A DNA stretch of 26,722 nucleotides from a virus. Lineage: Duplodnaviria; Caudoviricetes. A model generated the notes under the pieces. It was not told where the DNA came from and ran no database searches. It worked only from the letters and a program-made list of their open reading frames with translations. The DNA is taken from the IMG/VR virus record IMGVR_UViG_3300005512_000281, positions 1 to 26,722 of that record. One strand, 5' to 3'. This document shows positions 1-8,719 of this stretch, piece after piece. Both the position numbers and the translations under genes were made by a program. Every line of letters starts with the position of its first letter. Within the stretch, counting starts at the first letter, position 1.

Positions 1-72
1 TATCAATTATGTTATAGTCCATTACAGCGATTCAGTGTTACAAAATTATACTACAAATCTAGACAAAGAAAA
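1..72 (+). repeat. Direct repeat identical to 1027-1098; partial copy of the end-repeat family
   Basis: TATCAATTATGTTATAGTCC...AGACAAAGAAAA matches 1027-1098 over 72 nt; 1-28 is also the reverse complement of 26552-26579. Confidence 0.95.
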
Positions 73-96
73 CCCCCTAGGGGTTAACCTAGAGGG
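65..96 (-). terminator. Intrinsic terminator of ORF 114-785
   Basis: Minus strand reads CCCUCUAGG-UUAACC-CCUAGGGGG (9-bp stem, one G-U) followed by UUUUCUUU, just after the stop. Confidence 0.8.
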
Positions 97-113
97 TAAT
101 TGTTTAGATAGGG

Positions 114-785
114 CTAGAATAGTTCGGGATATGCTTCTTGAATCACGTCATAGGCTTTTGCCTCCCGTTCCCCTCGATTTGCTACTTCAGCCATCTGCTG
201 GTAAAACATTTTACGCTGACTTTTACTATAAAGCTTGGGCCGCTTGATTTTTTCGCATTTTTCACGGAAATAAGACAGACGCACACCATACATAAACTCT
301 TCATGGTTGTCAACGTCACTGGTTTCAATGTACTGGGGGTTAAAGGTTTTAGGGTCTATAGGTAAAGACATGATTAAATCTTTGACTTTCTCATAATCAA
401 CCCGTAACCGCTCTTCCCGTACCTCTACCGCTTTGCCTAGGCCGTGCGCCTCTTCAACCCGGTTTAACAGGTTTTCTTTGGCACTGGCACGTAATAAGGC
501 AATGCTAGGCTTGTGACCTAGCTCAGCCCAGTAGCCATAAATTTCACTGATGGTATCTACTGGATAAGCAGGGAATTTACGCTTTGCACCTTGCCCTATA
601 ACAACGGTAACCAGAACTTTGCAGAAACTGTGCTCAGGATAGGCTTTAAAAAAGTCTCGCACGTTTTGGTCGGTACGATTCAAGCCTTTAGCAATGGAAC
701 CAGTAGTGATGAAACAGTTTCCCTCGCTGTCTGAGAAAGTATCAAGCTCAATTCCAGCATAAGTTAGTTTAACGTGTTTGTACAC
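114..785 (-). CDS. Putative DNA-binding protein, P63C/antirepressor-like family seen in cyanobacterial mobile elements
   Basis: 223 aa; GTG start with GAGG RBS and TG-n-TATACT -10; motifs GIELDTF..EGNCFIT...IAKGL and YWAELG...ALLRASAKENLLNRVEEAHG. Family assigned from recall. Confidence 0.55.
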   Translation of the reverse strand: MYKHVKLTYAGIELDTFSDSEGNCFITTGSIAKGLNRTDQNVRDFFKAYPEHSFCKVLVTVVIGQGAKRKFPAYPVDTISEIYGYWAELGHKPSIALLRASAKENLLNRVEEAHGLGKAVEVREERLRVDYEKVKDLIMSLPIDPKTFNPQYIETSDVDNHEEFMYGVRLSYFREKCEKIKRPKLYSKSQRKMFYQQMAEVANRGEREAKAYDVIQEAYPELF

Positions 786-883
786 TGTATATTCCTCGTA
801 TTTGGTTGTCTATGTGCAGTATAGCAGTTTCTTTGTTTTCTGCTATTGTGTCTATCATAGCTCACGGTTTTAGAAAGTGTCTA

Positions 884-1080
884 TACTACTTTGCTAAAAT
901 CGCTGTAATTTTTGGCTGAAAATTTGAGCCTATTTTATTTTTTCAATTTCTTGGTTGTTCAAACTCCTTTTACCTGGTACTTTGAGCCTATTTTATTTTC
1001 TCAATTCCCCTGTAGTTCAAATGTACTATCAATTATGTTATAGTCCATTACAGCGATTCAGTGTTACAAAATTATACTAC
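884..1080 (+). repeat. Left copy of a long inverted repeat (pairs with 26526-26722)
   Basis: 884-1054 is the reverse complement of 26552-26722 with 6 mismatches in 171 nt; weaker similarity continues to 1080/26526. Contains two 41-bp sub-repeats (923-963, 981-1021). Confidence 0.95.
1016..1044 (+). promoter_or_regulatory. Possible sigma70-type promoter inside the repeat, firing inward
   Basis: TTCAAA-N17-TATAGT with extended TG; the same element lies on the minus strand of the right copy. Confidence 0.4.
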
Positions 1081-1323
1081 AAATCTAGACAAAGAAAAGC
1101 CCCGTAGCCGTGCCTCTCTTGAGCCTCTTCAACCCGGTGTAGCACTAGCAGCCAGTTGTCTACTATCCCTACTTGCCTAGTTTTACAACTTAGCGGAGTC
1201 TAGAGAAGTGTTCTACCTACCTACCTATTGTCTAGCGATAGCAATTACCGTCACGGTCAGCGTAATTCACTGATTAACCACACCTGAATTCATACAAGGT
1301 CAGATGCTAGGTATATCTATGAA

Positions 1324-1373
1324 AGTGATTCAAATCACACACATTTATATAATAATGTGTTATGTGCTATAAT
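1324..1373 (+). promoter_or_regulatory. Promoter of the left operon with a CRP-like site
   Basis: AGTGA-N6-TCACA (1324-1339), palindrome ACACATT-N8-AATGTGT (1339-1360), extended -10 TG-C-TATAAT (hexamer 1368-1373). Confidence 0.55.
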
Positions 1374-1402
1374 TTTAACTAGAACACAAGTAGAGAGCAG
1401 CT

Positions 1403-1861
1403 ATGAAAATAGACTATGACCGTGTCAATCTAGCCGCCAATGCCCTTTCCCTGCGTATAACAGAGAGAGTAGACAACGGAGAATTCATAGACTACCCATA
1501 CCTAGCGTGGCTCATAACCAAACTAGAAACCGAAGGGGTAATCAACTTAGACCTCAAGCGGAAACTGGGTAAAAAAGAAAATCCATTTGCCAAAGCAGTA
1601 TGTGCCAAAGAGTACCTAGGTGAGAGTACCTTCACCTCTATTGTCAGAAAACCGCTAGGCGTGTGGAATAAGTGTATATTCGATTATCTGGGCATAGCTG
1701 TATTTGCTGCGGCCTATCAGTTATTTAGCCGTCACATCACAAGATGGTATTGTTCCAGATTCAATATAGACCCCGAACTAATGAAAGACTTTAACCGGGA
1801 TGAGTTTCTGGAGACCATAAATTTAGCCTGGGTGGGTAGCATACTGGGTAAACCACAATAG
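1403..1861 (+). CDS. Hypothetical protein
   Basis: 152-aa ORF, first gene after the promoter; no motif recognised. Confidence 0.7.
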   Translation: MKIDYDRVNLAANALSLRITERVDNGEFIDYPYLAWLITKLETEGVINLDLKRKLGKKENPFAKAVCAKEYLGESTFTSIVRKPLGVWNKCIFDYLGIAVFAAAYQLFSRHITRWYCSRFNIDPELMKDFNRDEFLETINLAWVGSILGKPQ

Positions 1862-1879
1862 ACAGGATGTAAAGACACT

Positions 1880-2410
1880 ATGCTAGAAGAAATTTATAAG
1901 CTAAAGATAGGTGACCGTCTAAATGAAGAGCAGACAAAATGGCTATTAGAGAAGATGTCTAAAATTTCTAGGTATCGCAAGCTAGCTCTTACTATAGACT
2001 ACTTCAAGATGTGTTATTATAGGAAGTATGGTAGGGTTCATAAAATGATTTATGCCTTCCGTCATGGGAAGAGCTACAGCGGTATACCTATCCCTAAGAA
2101 CCAACTCAGGTGTAACAAGAACCCTAGGACACGATTATATGAGAGGTTAAGGAAACAAATTAGTTATCAAGTTGAGAAACTAAGGAAACCAGGGTATCAT
2201 TTAGACCATGTCTATCCTTTCTCTAGGATAGTAGATGATTGGTTAGAGGAAAGGGGTTTAACTGTACCCAGAGTTCGTAGCTACCACTATAAGGACTTCT
2301 GTGAGTACCATGAGAGGGTAGCCGAATACCAATACCTAACTCCACAAGAAAACATGAGTAAAGGAAACAAAGTCCATGACAATACCATTTCACAATATTT
2401 ACAAAGCTAA
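1880..2410 (+). CDS. HNH endonuclease-like protein
   Basis: Basic protein with YHLDHVYPF...YLTPQENMSKG, an HNH signature. Confidence 0.65.
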   Translation: MLEEIYKLKIGDRLNEEQTKWLLEKMSKISRYRKLALTIDYFKMCYYRKYGRVHKMIYAFRHGKSYSGIPIPKNQLRCNKNPRTRLYERLRKQISYQVEKLRKPGYHLDHVYPFSRIVDDWLEERGLTVPRVRSYHYKDFCEYHERVAEYQYLTPQENMSKGNKVHDNTISQYLQS

Positions 2411-2654
2411 ACACTCTTCCATTAAAAAGGATTTAGAGGATAGAGGACTTCAGTCTACTGGAGATTTAAACACTGATAGACGGATTTTACAGCGCTCCCA
2501 AATTAGTATGATAGGGGGTGGTAAGATATACACCTGGGATGAAGTAGATAAAATTGAAAACCAGCGGGTTTTGATTACCCTTTATGAAAACGGCAGTCTT
2601 CTAGGTACGATGACAGTGTCTACTGTAAAAGCCCTTTATGGGATTGAGGGTTAA
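2376..2654 (+). CDS. Hypothetical protein with SAP/HeH-like motif
   Basis: KKDLEDRGLQSTGDLNTDRRIL; operon position. Confidence 0.55.
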   Translation: MTIPFHNIYKAKHSSIKKDLEDRGLQSTGDLNTDRRILQRSQISMIGGGKIYTWDEVDKIENQRVLITLYENGSLLGTMTVSTVKALYGIEG

Positions 2655-2656
2655 AA

Positions 2657-2983
2657 ATGGATTCCACTATAGAAGACTATGTAAATGGTAAGCTACCTCG
2701 AGCTAGGTCACGGAATATCGCTACCCAGCTTCAGATACTAAATCTCCCTTCTAAAGGAGACCTAGAGCAGGATAAGGTTCAAATTATCCAATTCTTTATA
2801 GATGAGTTTAGAAGTAGTCTAATACGTAGCTATGGTACGTCCTTGACTCATAGGATTAAGTATGGTAAACTCCATTCCAAGTTCTATAAAGACGGGTCAA
2901 AGCCTATACCCTGCTATCTAAAGGGGTCTGATTCAGAGATAGAGCAGATTGTACACAACCCTATACAGGTAATAAGAAAATGA
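2657..2983 (+). CDS. Hypothetical protein with a related SAP/HeH-like motif
   Basis: QLQILNLPSKGDLEQDKVQI; GAGG RBS; stop overlaps the next ATG (ATGA). Confidence 0.6.
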   Translation: MDSTIEDYVNGKLPRARSRNIATQLQILNLPSKGDLEQDKVQIIQFFIDEFRSSLIRSYGTSLTHRIKYGKLHSKFYKDGSKPIPCYLKGSDSEIEQIVHNPIQVIRK

Positions 2984-3189
2984 AACAATGTCCAGTATGT
3001 CAGGTAAAGATGGGGCCACGGGGAGAGGTCTATTTTTCTCATGGTAAGCAAGGTACCCGGGCTAGATTACATGCTAGAGTTTGTCAGTACGCTAGCCGTC
3101 CAGGGTGTATCAATGAATTCGAGGGTGAGATTCCTGAAAAAGATTTTTACAGACCCCTTGACACTTTGAATATTAATCTGCTAGACTAA
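2980..3189 (+). CDS. Small Cys-rich protein of a cyanobacterial/cyanophage conserved family
   Basis: CPVC...VYFSHGKQGTRARLHARVCQY...GCIN resembles a small family I recall from cyanobacteria; translationally coupled. Confidence 0.65.
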   Translation: MKQCPVCQVKMGPRGEVYFSHGKQGTRARLHARVCQYASRPGCINEFEGEIPEKDFYRPLDTLNINLLD

Positions 3190-3218
3190 TAGTATTCCAA
3201 ACAAAGGAGAAAAGGATT

Positions 3219-3926
3219 ATGCAACTATCAGTTCACTCATTGCGTGGGTTAGCGGGTCGGAAGTACGATAAGGACGGCTATAACCAAATTGAGTTAACCA
3301 GTCTCGATAGTGGTCTAGCTGAGAAGTTTACTGAAGCCTATATGGCTATTAGTGATACACCCCCTATCCATGCCCCGTTTACAGTCCGGGTAAGCGATGG
3401 TTTCTTTGAGGATATTTCAGTATCATTACTCTGTAAGCGTCCTGACGGTACATATCAGGTAACTTGGGGAACCCCAGATGAATGGTTACAGGTTGAGCTA
3501 GATGAGATTGAATTTGATGTTCTGGACGTTGGTGAGGATGTACCTGAAATTGTAGCCTATATTAAAGGTCATCCAGATGTCACCTTCAAAGTCTACCGAG
3601 AGGATTTAAATAAGAATAAATTCTCAGTTAAGGGGATTGAGGATAATATTGGAACTCTGAAACAATCCCAACGTAAACTCAAATTGAAAGATTTGGAGAT
3701 TGGCTTATCTTACCAGATTGTTTCATATTTCCCAGATAAGTATGGATACACTCTTACTTTAAGAGTACCTGACAGTGACAAAGACATTCAATCCTATTCT
3801 AATGGGGCAATTAATAAAGCCATTAAAAATGGGTTGTTAAAAGAGGGTGACTCATTCACTGTGTTAGACCATGAGCAATGCGAGATGGGTACTATTGTTA
3901 AAGTAGCGTTTCGTCCTGTAGTTTAA
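3219..3926 (+). CDS. Hypothetical acidic protein (possibly ssDNA-binding/replication accessory)
   Basis: 235 aa, AGGA RBS, followed by a terminator; function guessed from context only. Confidence 0.6.
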   Translation: MQLSVHSLRGLAGRKYDKDGYNQIELTSLDSGLAEKFTEAYMAISDTPPIHAPFTVRVSDGFFEDISVSLLCKRPDGTYQVTWGTPDEWLQVELDEIEFDVLDVGEDVPEIVAYIKGHPDVTFKVYREDLNKNKFSVKGIEDNIGTLKQSQRKLKLKDLEIGLSYQIVSYFPDKYGYTLTLRVPDSDKDIQSYSNGAINKAIKNGLLKEGDSFTVLDHEQCEMGTIVKVAFRPVV

Positions 3927-3935
3927 ACCATTATA

Positions 3936-3961
3936 GGGCTAGGCGTTAAGCCTAGCCTTTT
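3936..3961 (+). terminator. Intrinsic terminator
   Basis: GGCTAGGC-GTTAA-GCCTAGCC followed by TTTT. Confidence 0.75.
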
Positions 3962-3967
3962 AGTCAA

Positions 3968-4459
3968 ATGAGAATAGTAATCGAAGGTATCGATGGCGCA
4001 GGGAAAACTTCACTAGCTAAAAGGCTATTAACGAATCATAGAACATCTTTGATGTATATCCACTATCCTGTCAATATTGACTTTAGCCTAGAGGGAATTA
4101 AATTCCATCAGGCAGTAAAACAGGATATGATAGACCATCAAGCCCCGGATAACTGCATTATAGACAGGTATTGGCAAAGCTCCTATGCTTACGGTATGCC
4201 GTCTTACATGCTAAAAGATTTAAAGCAAGCCATTAACTTGGATACTTACAACATTTTTCTAGATGTATCCCCAGTTAACGCTTATCAACGATGCATGGAT
4301 AATAAGGGTAAGACCTCACGATGGGATATAATGTCAATTCAAGAGAGGGCTAAGCTCCGTGAAAGATATCTTGAATTAGATTGCTGGCATTGTATAATTG
4401 ATGCCAACCAATCTTTTGATTCAGTCCTACACAGTTATTTCAATAGCTTTAGAGTATGA
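3968..4459 (+). CDS. tmk: Thymidylate (dNMP) kinase
   Basis: P-loop IEGIDGAGKT, IIDRYWQSSYAY and FLDVSP motifs. Confidence 0.85.
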   Translation: MRIVIEGIDGAGKTSLAKRLLTNHRTSLMYIHYPVNIDFSLEGIKFHQAVKQDMIDHQAPDNCIIDRYWQSSYAYGMPSYMLKDLKQAINLDTYNIFLDVSPVNAYQRCMDNKGKTSRWDIMSIQERAKLRERYLELDCWHCIIDANQSFDSVLHSYFNSFRV

Positions 4460-6333
4460 CAGTACCTGAAATAAAAGAAAAACAAGCAGAAAATAAGACC
4501 TATTTACCAGTACCATGTGAAGTGACTTCTGAGAACTCTGGATATCAGTATGTCCTACCTTACACAGAGCCAGGACAAACCGAGAGCTTAGTAGGTAGTC
4601 CATCGGACATGTCTAGGGTTCCGCCGGAAGTGATGGCAGGTTTTATGTTAGATGTAAACAGAAATTGGTGGTGTATTCAGGACAGGTTAGAGCGGAATGG
4701 GTTTCATATAAATCTAGATGACTGCTCAGTAGTAAAGATTGCACCTCCGGAATACCCTAAAGGTATTCAGCCTGACAGTAACCAGTTAATTTACCAGCCA
4801 CTGCACAAGTTTGGTGCTGAGGTTAGAAGGCAGTTGATTGGTGTTTTAGCTGATGACCGTGATGTCTTTTGCAACCCCTATCAGGTTGAGATAACCCGTG
4901 GTTTGTATAACCCTGACAACAATCTATTTAAACTAAAGGCACTCGCTGAGCAAGTAAAACTGTGGACTGACCCAGATAAAAGGGAAGGTGAAATCAACTA
5001 CCGAGGGGAAGTAGGTAAAGCAACTCGGGCTATGATACCCCGCGCAGACCAATTCTGTGAACAAATTCGGAAACTAAGTTTTGGTGACATCTTTACCATT
5101 TTCCAAGGCTCTGAACTAGAGAGATTTAAGCTTGCCCTGGGGCGTTCCTGTGTTGGACAGACTGGAAGTATAGACCCGTTTACCGGAGAAAAGCTAATTC
5201 ATACCTACCGGCTCATAAACGTTATCGATGGGCAGTTTGCTGGTCAGGGAAAATCTACTCTCATGAGGTATCTGATTGACGCCTTAAGGATGGTAGGGTT
5301 TAATATAGCAGACTCAGCCCCACCGTTGAACTCCAGATTTAATTTAGCTGGGCCTCTGGGTTCTGATATACTTTTTAGAGATGACACTACTACCGATGAC
5401 CTAGCTAAAGAGGTAGCTACATCCTTAGCTAAGATTATGGCTACAGGTGGAACAGTGGCTACAGAGGAGAAAGGGAAAGATGCTGAAAGTACCCGATGTA
5501 CCGCCGCTGTAATTTGTCTAGCCAACCGTCTTGACCAGAGATTCTTTTGGGGGTTAGATGATGGTTCGCGTAGCCGGGTATCTATAATTGAGACAGTACC
5601 TGAGGGTTCTATCCCTTCTAACAAACTCCCCCTAGAATGGATTCCCAGCCTATCAAAAGAGCTAGGTGTAGATACAGAGGCTATTATGCTATGGGCATGC
5701 CGATTAGCAGTTGATGAGTTCCTAAAATATACTGGTAATAATGCCTATGACCTAGAAGACCGTTGTAAGTCCCTCGAATCAGCAGGGAATAAAACAAATG
5801 CAGACCCATTGGATGGCATACTAGCGAGTATAGTGATAGGGTACAAGCTAGCTAACCCTGATAAGAGTGTTCCCCGTAAGATTAATACTAATATTCTGGC
5901 TGAGGCACTGCTAGTTATGGCTAGGTTGAAGCAAGATGAACACTATCAAGCGGTATCTGTTGCCCTATTAGACACTCTAGATACCCTAGATGGTCACTTA
6001 GTAGTCCCGGCATGGCATCCAGTACAAGGGCTGAAACGGGTCGACCCGGCTAGTATTCAATTAGCCTATGATATCGCTGCAAATCAGTCCCGCGCTGTCA
6101 ATCCTAACGAAAAGATTAAATTAATTTTCAGCAGCTTATCACTAGAGGATGGTAACCAGTGCCAGGGTTCCCCGGGGACTATCCGTCCTAGATTTAACAG
6201 TCTAGTTAGCAATGAGTTCACCTTTAACCGGTTGATGTCCCTGTATGACAAAATTAAGCACGCAGTCCCTAGTACTAAGCCTATGATGCCTACTACTGTG
6301 GACTATAGCACAGATTTGTTCTGGAATCTCTAG
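4456..6333 (+). CDS. D5-like superfamily 3 replicative helicase
   Basis: Walker A GQFAGQGKST, Walker B ILFRDD, EEKGKD, motif C CLAN, DDGSRSR; no primase motif recognised in the N-terminus. Confidence 0.75.
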   Translation: MTVPEIKEKQAENKTYLPVPCEVTSENSGYQYVLPYTEPGQTESLVGSPSDMSRVPPEVMAGFMLDVNRNWWCIQDRLERNGFHINLDDCSVVKIAPPEYPKGIQPDSNQLIYQPLHKFGAEVRRQLIGVLADDRDVFCNPYQVEITRGLYNPDNNLFKLKALAEQVKLWTDPDKREGEINYRGEVGKATRAMIPRADQFCEQIRKLSFGDIFTIFQGSELERFKLALGRSCVGQTGSIDPFTGEKLIHTYRLINVIDGQFAGQGKSTLMRYLIDALRMVGFNIADSAPPLNSRFNLAGPLGSDILFRDDTTTDDLAKEVATSLAKIMATGGTVATEEKGKDAESTRCTAAVICLANRLDQRFFWGLDDGSRSRVSIIETVPEGSIPSNKLPLEWIPSLSKELGVDTEAIMLWACRLAVDEFLKYTGNNAYDLEDRCKSLESAGNKTNADPLDGILASIVIGYKLANPDKSVPRKINTNILAEALLVMARLKQDEHYQAVSVALLDTLDTLDGHLVVPAWHPVQGLKRVDPASIQLAYDIAANQSRAVNPNEKIKLIFSSLSLEDGNQCQGSPGTIRPRFNSLVSNEFTFNRLMSLYDKIKHAVPSTKPMMPTTVDYSTDLFWNL

Positions 6334-6336
6334 CCT

Positions 6337-6406
6337 TGTGCCAGTTAGAAAAGTGTCACAACCCCCTTGCACAGATTAGCAGACTGAGTTACTATAGGAG
6401 TATAGA
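6337..6406 (+). promoter_or_regulatory. Palindromic-operator promoter, copy 1
   Basis: TGTGCCAGT-N6-AGTGTCACA (6337-6360), TTGCAC-N17-TACTAT (6367-6395), then N4-GTATAGA. Confidence 0.85.
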
Positions 6407-6440
6407 GAGCAAGGGAGCTTTCAACCCTCCCCCTCTATAC
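6400..6440 (+). other. 5' leader hairpin
   Basis: GTATAGAG/CTCTATAC outer stem and GGGAG/CTCCC inner stem, starting at the predicted transcription start. Confidence 0.5.
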
Positions 6441-6467
6441 TTGAACAAACAAATTTAGGAGTTTCCC

Positions 6468-7112
6468 ATGGTTCAACAAAAATGGCTTGAGCAACGGTTT
6501 GACCAAATGTTCACCAAGTTTGACCAGTTCGAGCAGAAAATTGAGGCTCAGTCTCAAGATATTAAATCCCTGAAGACTGACCTAAAAGAACAAAAAGTCA
6601 TTAACAAAGAACAACAAGCCGTTATTAAAGAGTTAACCACCAAAGTTCAAGAGCAAGGAATTATCATTCAAGAGTTAACAGCCAAAGTAGCAACCCTAGC
6701 AGCTAAAATCGAAACTCTAGCAGCTAAAGTCGAAACTCTAGAAGCTAAAGTTGAGATAATTTGCAACCAGTTGAAAACTATAGCCCCATTATTCCGTCAT
6801 CCTCTAGAGTCAGATAACAGCTTACTGCTAGACCCTGACTATAAGGAAGAGTTACGGGACACACTTGATGAAATAGAATTCCACAGTGCTAATGACATTG
6901 TAACAAGCTTGCCAGAGTATGAAGAAATCCTTGGCAACTACAAAAATGCTCATGGTTTAGCAAGTGGTTCTGGAAAAGCCCTATCGGGTTTCTATGTCCA
7001 AGTTTTAGGATACAAACCTCGTAAGATTCAGTATAAAGCTGGATATCACAAGGACATTGAGAAGCCTATCTATGACTGTGTAAGCAAACTATACCAAGCA
7101 GGGGTCTCATAG
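6468..7112 (+). CDS. Coiled-coil plus putative DNA-binding domain protein, paralog 1 (214 aa)
   Basis: AGGAG RBS; heptad repeats; C-terminal GKALSGFYVQVLGYKPRK..Y resembles antirepressor-associated domains. Confidence 0.8.
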   Translation: MVQQKWLEQRFDQMFTKFDQFEQKIEAQSQDIKSLKTDLKEQKVINKEQQAVIKELTTKVQEQGIIIQELTAKVATLAAKIETLAAKVETLEAKVEIICNQLKTIAPLFRHPLESDNSLLLDPDYKEELRDTLDEIEFHSANDIVTSLPEYEEILGNYKNAHGLASGSGKALSGFYVQVLGYKPRKIQYKAGYHKDIEKPIYDCVSKLYQAGVS

Positions 7113-7126
7113 ATAGTCTCTAGCTT

Positions 7127-7195
7127 TGTGACAGTCTGTAAACTGTCACATTGTCTAGAGAATCAACCTAGCCCATGCTATGATAGTTGTATAAA
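7127..7195 (+). promoter_or_regulatory. Palindromic-operator promoter, copy 2
   Basis: Perfect TGTGACAGT-N6-ACTGTCACA (7127-7150); TG-C-TATGAT (hexamer 7179-7184); N4-GTATAAA. Confidence 0.85.
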
Positions 7196-7214
7196 CACCA
7201 ATCGGAGAAATAAC

Positions 7215-7838
7215 ATGGTATCACAGAAATGGCTTGAGCAACGATTTGACCAAATGTTCACCATGATTGAGGCTCAGTCTCAAGATATTAAATCCCTGAA
7301 GACTGACCTAAAAGAACAAAAAGTCATTAACAAAGAACAACAAGCCGTTATTAAAGAGTTAACCACCAAAGTTCAAGAGCAAGGAATTATCATTCAAGAG
7401 TTAACAGCCAAAGTAGCAACCCTAGCAGCTAAAATCGAAACTCTAGCAGCTAAAGTCGAAACTCTAGAAGCTAAAGTTGAGATAATTTGCAACCAGTTGA
7501 AAACTATAGCCCCATTATTCCGTCATCCTCTAGAGTCAGATAACAGCTTACTGCTAGACCCTGACTATAAGGAAGAGTTACGGGACACACTTGATGAAAT
7601 AGAATTCCACAGTGCTAATGACATTGTAACAAGCTTGCCAGAGTATGAAGAAATCCTTGGCAACTACAAAAATGCTCATGGTTTAGCAAGTGGTTCTGGA
7701 AAAGCCCTATCGGGTTTCTATGTCCAAGTTTTAGGATACAAACCTCGTAAGATTCAGTATAAAGCTGGATATCACAAGGACATTGAGAAGCCTATCTATG
7801 ACTGTGTAAGCAAACTATACCAAGCAGGGGTCTCATAG
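7215..7838 (+). CDS. Coiled-coil/DNA-binding paralog 2 (207 aa)
   Basis: Start moved from 7128 to ATG 7215: GGAG RBS, MVSQKWLEQRF matches the paralog N-termini, and the upstream extension is promoter DNA. Confidence 0.85.
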   Translation: MVSQKWLEQRFDQMFTMIEAQSQDIKSLKTDLKEQKVINKEQQAVIKELTTKVQEQGIIIQELTAKVATLAAKIETLAAKVETLEAKVEIICNQLKTIAPLFRHPLESDNSLLLDPDYKEELRDTLDEIEFHSANDIVTSLPEYEEILGNYKNAHGLASGSGKALSGFYVQVLGYKPRKIQYKAGYHKDIEKPIYDCVSKLYQAGVS

Positions 7839-7852
7839 ATAGTCTCTAGCTT

Positions 7853-7921
7853 TGTGACAGTCTGTAAACTGTCACATTGTCTAGAGAATCAACCTAGCCC
7901 ATGCTATGATAGTTGTATAAA
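7853..7921 (+). promoter_or_regulatory. Palindromic-operator promoter, copy 3
   Basis: Identical to copy 2 at +726. Confidence 0.85.
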
Positions 7922-7940
7922 CACCAATCGGAGAAATAAC

Positions 7941-8522
7941 ATGGTATCACAGAAATGGCTTGAGCAACGATTTGACCAAATGTTCACCATGATTGAGGCT
8001 CAGTCTCAAGATATTAAATCCCTCACGAAAAAAGTTCAAGAGCAAGAAAATATCATTCAAGAGCAAGGAATTATCATTCAAGAGCAAGGAATTATCATTC
8101 AAGAGCAAGGAATTATCATTAAAGAGTTAACAGCCAAAGTAGCAACTTTGGAAGCTAAAGTAGACATAATTTGCAAGCAATTAGAAACTATTGCGCCTTT
8201 GCTCCGTCATCTGCTAGAGTCCGAAAACAGTTTGCTGCTAGACCCTGACTATAAGGAAGAGCTACGGGATACACTTGATGCAATGGAGTTTTACAGTGCT
8301 AATGATATTGTAAAAAGCTTACCGGAGTATGAAGAAATCCTTAGCAACTACAAAAATCCCCATGGTTTAGCGAGTGGTTTTGGTAAAGCCCTATCGGGTT
8401 TCTATGTCCAAGTTTTAGGATACAAACCTCGTAAGATTCAGTATAAAGCTGGATATCACAAGGACATTGAGAAGCCTATCTATGACTGTGTAAGCAAACT
8501 ATACCAGACTGGACTGGCATGA
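7941..8522 (+). CDS. Coiled-coil/DNA-binding paralog 3 (193 aa)
   Basis: Start moved to ATG 7941 for the same reasons; QEQGIII repeats. Confidence 0.85.
   Translation: MVSQKWLEQRFDQMFTMIEAQSQDIKSLTKKVQEQENIIQEQGIIIQEQGIIIQEQGIIIKELTAKVATLEAKVDIICKQLETIAPLLRHLLESENSLLLDPDYKEELRDTLDAMEFYSANDIVKSLPEYEEILSNYKNPHGLASGFGKALSGFYVQVLGYKPRKIQYKAGYHKDIEKPIYDCVSKLYQTGLA
8037..8120 (+). repeat. 21-bp tandem repeat x4 encoding heptads
   Basis: CAAGAGCAAGGAATTATCATT x3, preceded by one variant unit. Confidence 0.95.
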
Positions 8523-8719
8523 AATTTGACTGTGACGACCTGGATGTGGTCTCTTGGGAGTTTCCATCCTTTGGGTTAGCTTGCAGGTTCGCGCAAGAGA
8601 CCTGGGATAATAATCAATGTGAGGATTATCAGGTAACTGGAAATATAGTCCTCCTAAAAAATCCAACTCAGTTTGACGTTATAATGGAACGGTACAGCCG
8701 TTTAACAGAGGATGAATGA
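8519..8719 (+). CDS. Hypothetical acidic protein
   Basis: 66 aa, ATGA-coupled to paralog 3. Confidence 0.6.
   Translation: MKFDCDDLDVVSWEFPSFGLACRFAQETWDNNQCEDYQVTGNIVLLKNPTQFDVIMERYSRLTEDE

Larger units (their letters stand above)
6540..8023 (+). repeat. Tandem duplication, period 726 bp (about 2.04 units)
   Basis: 6540-7297 matches 7266-8023 with no differences seen; landmarks recur at +726 (7127/7853, 7215/7941). Confidence 0.95.

Noticed and set aside
35-365. Track ORFs 35-247 and 138-365 (+)
   Set aside because: Antisense to 114-785 and overlapping its terminator or the repeat; no RBS.
860-884. Seventh copy of the 24-bp palindrome near the promoter of 114-785
   Set aside because: Only AAAGTGTC matches; no left arm and wrong spacing.
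7128-7214. MTVCKLSHC... N-terminal extensions of paralogs 2 and 3
   Set aside because: Translation of operator/promoter DNA; the true starts have an RBS and match paralogs 1 and 4.
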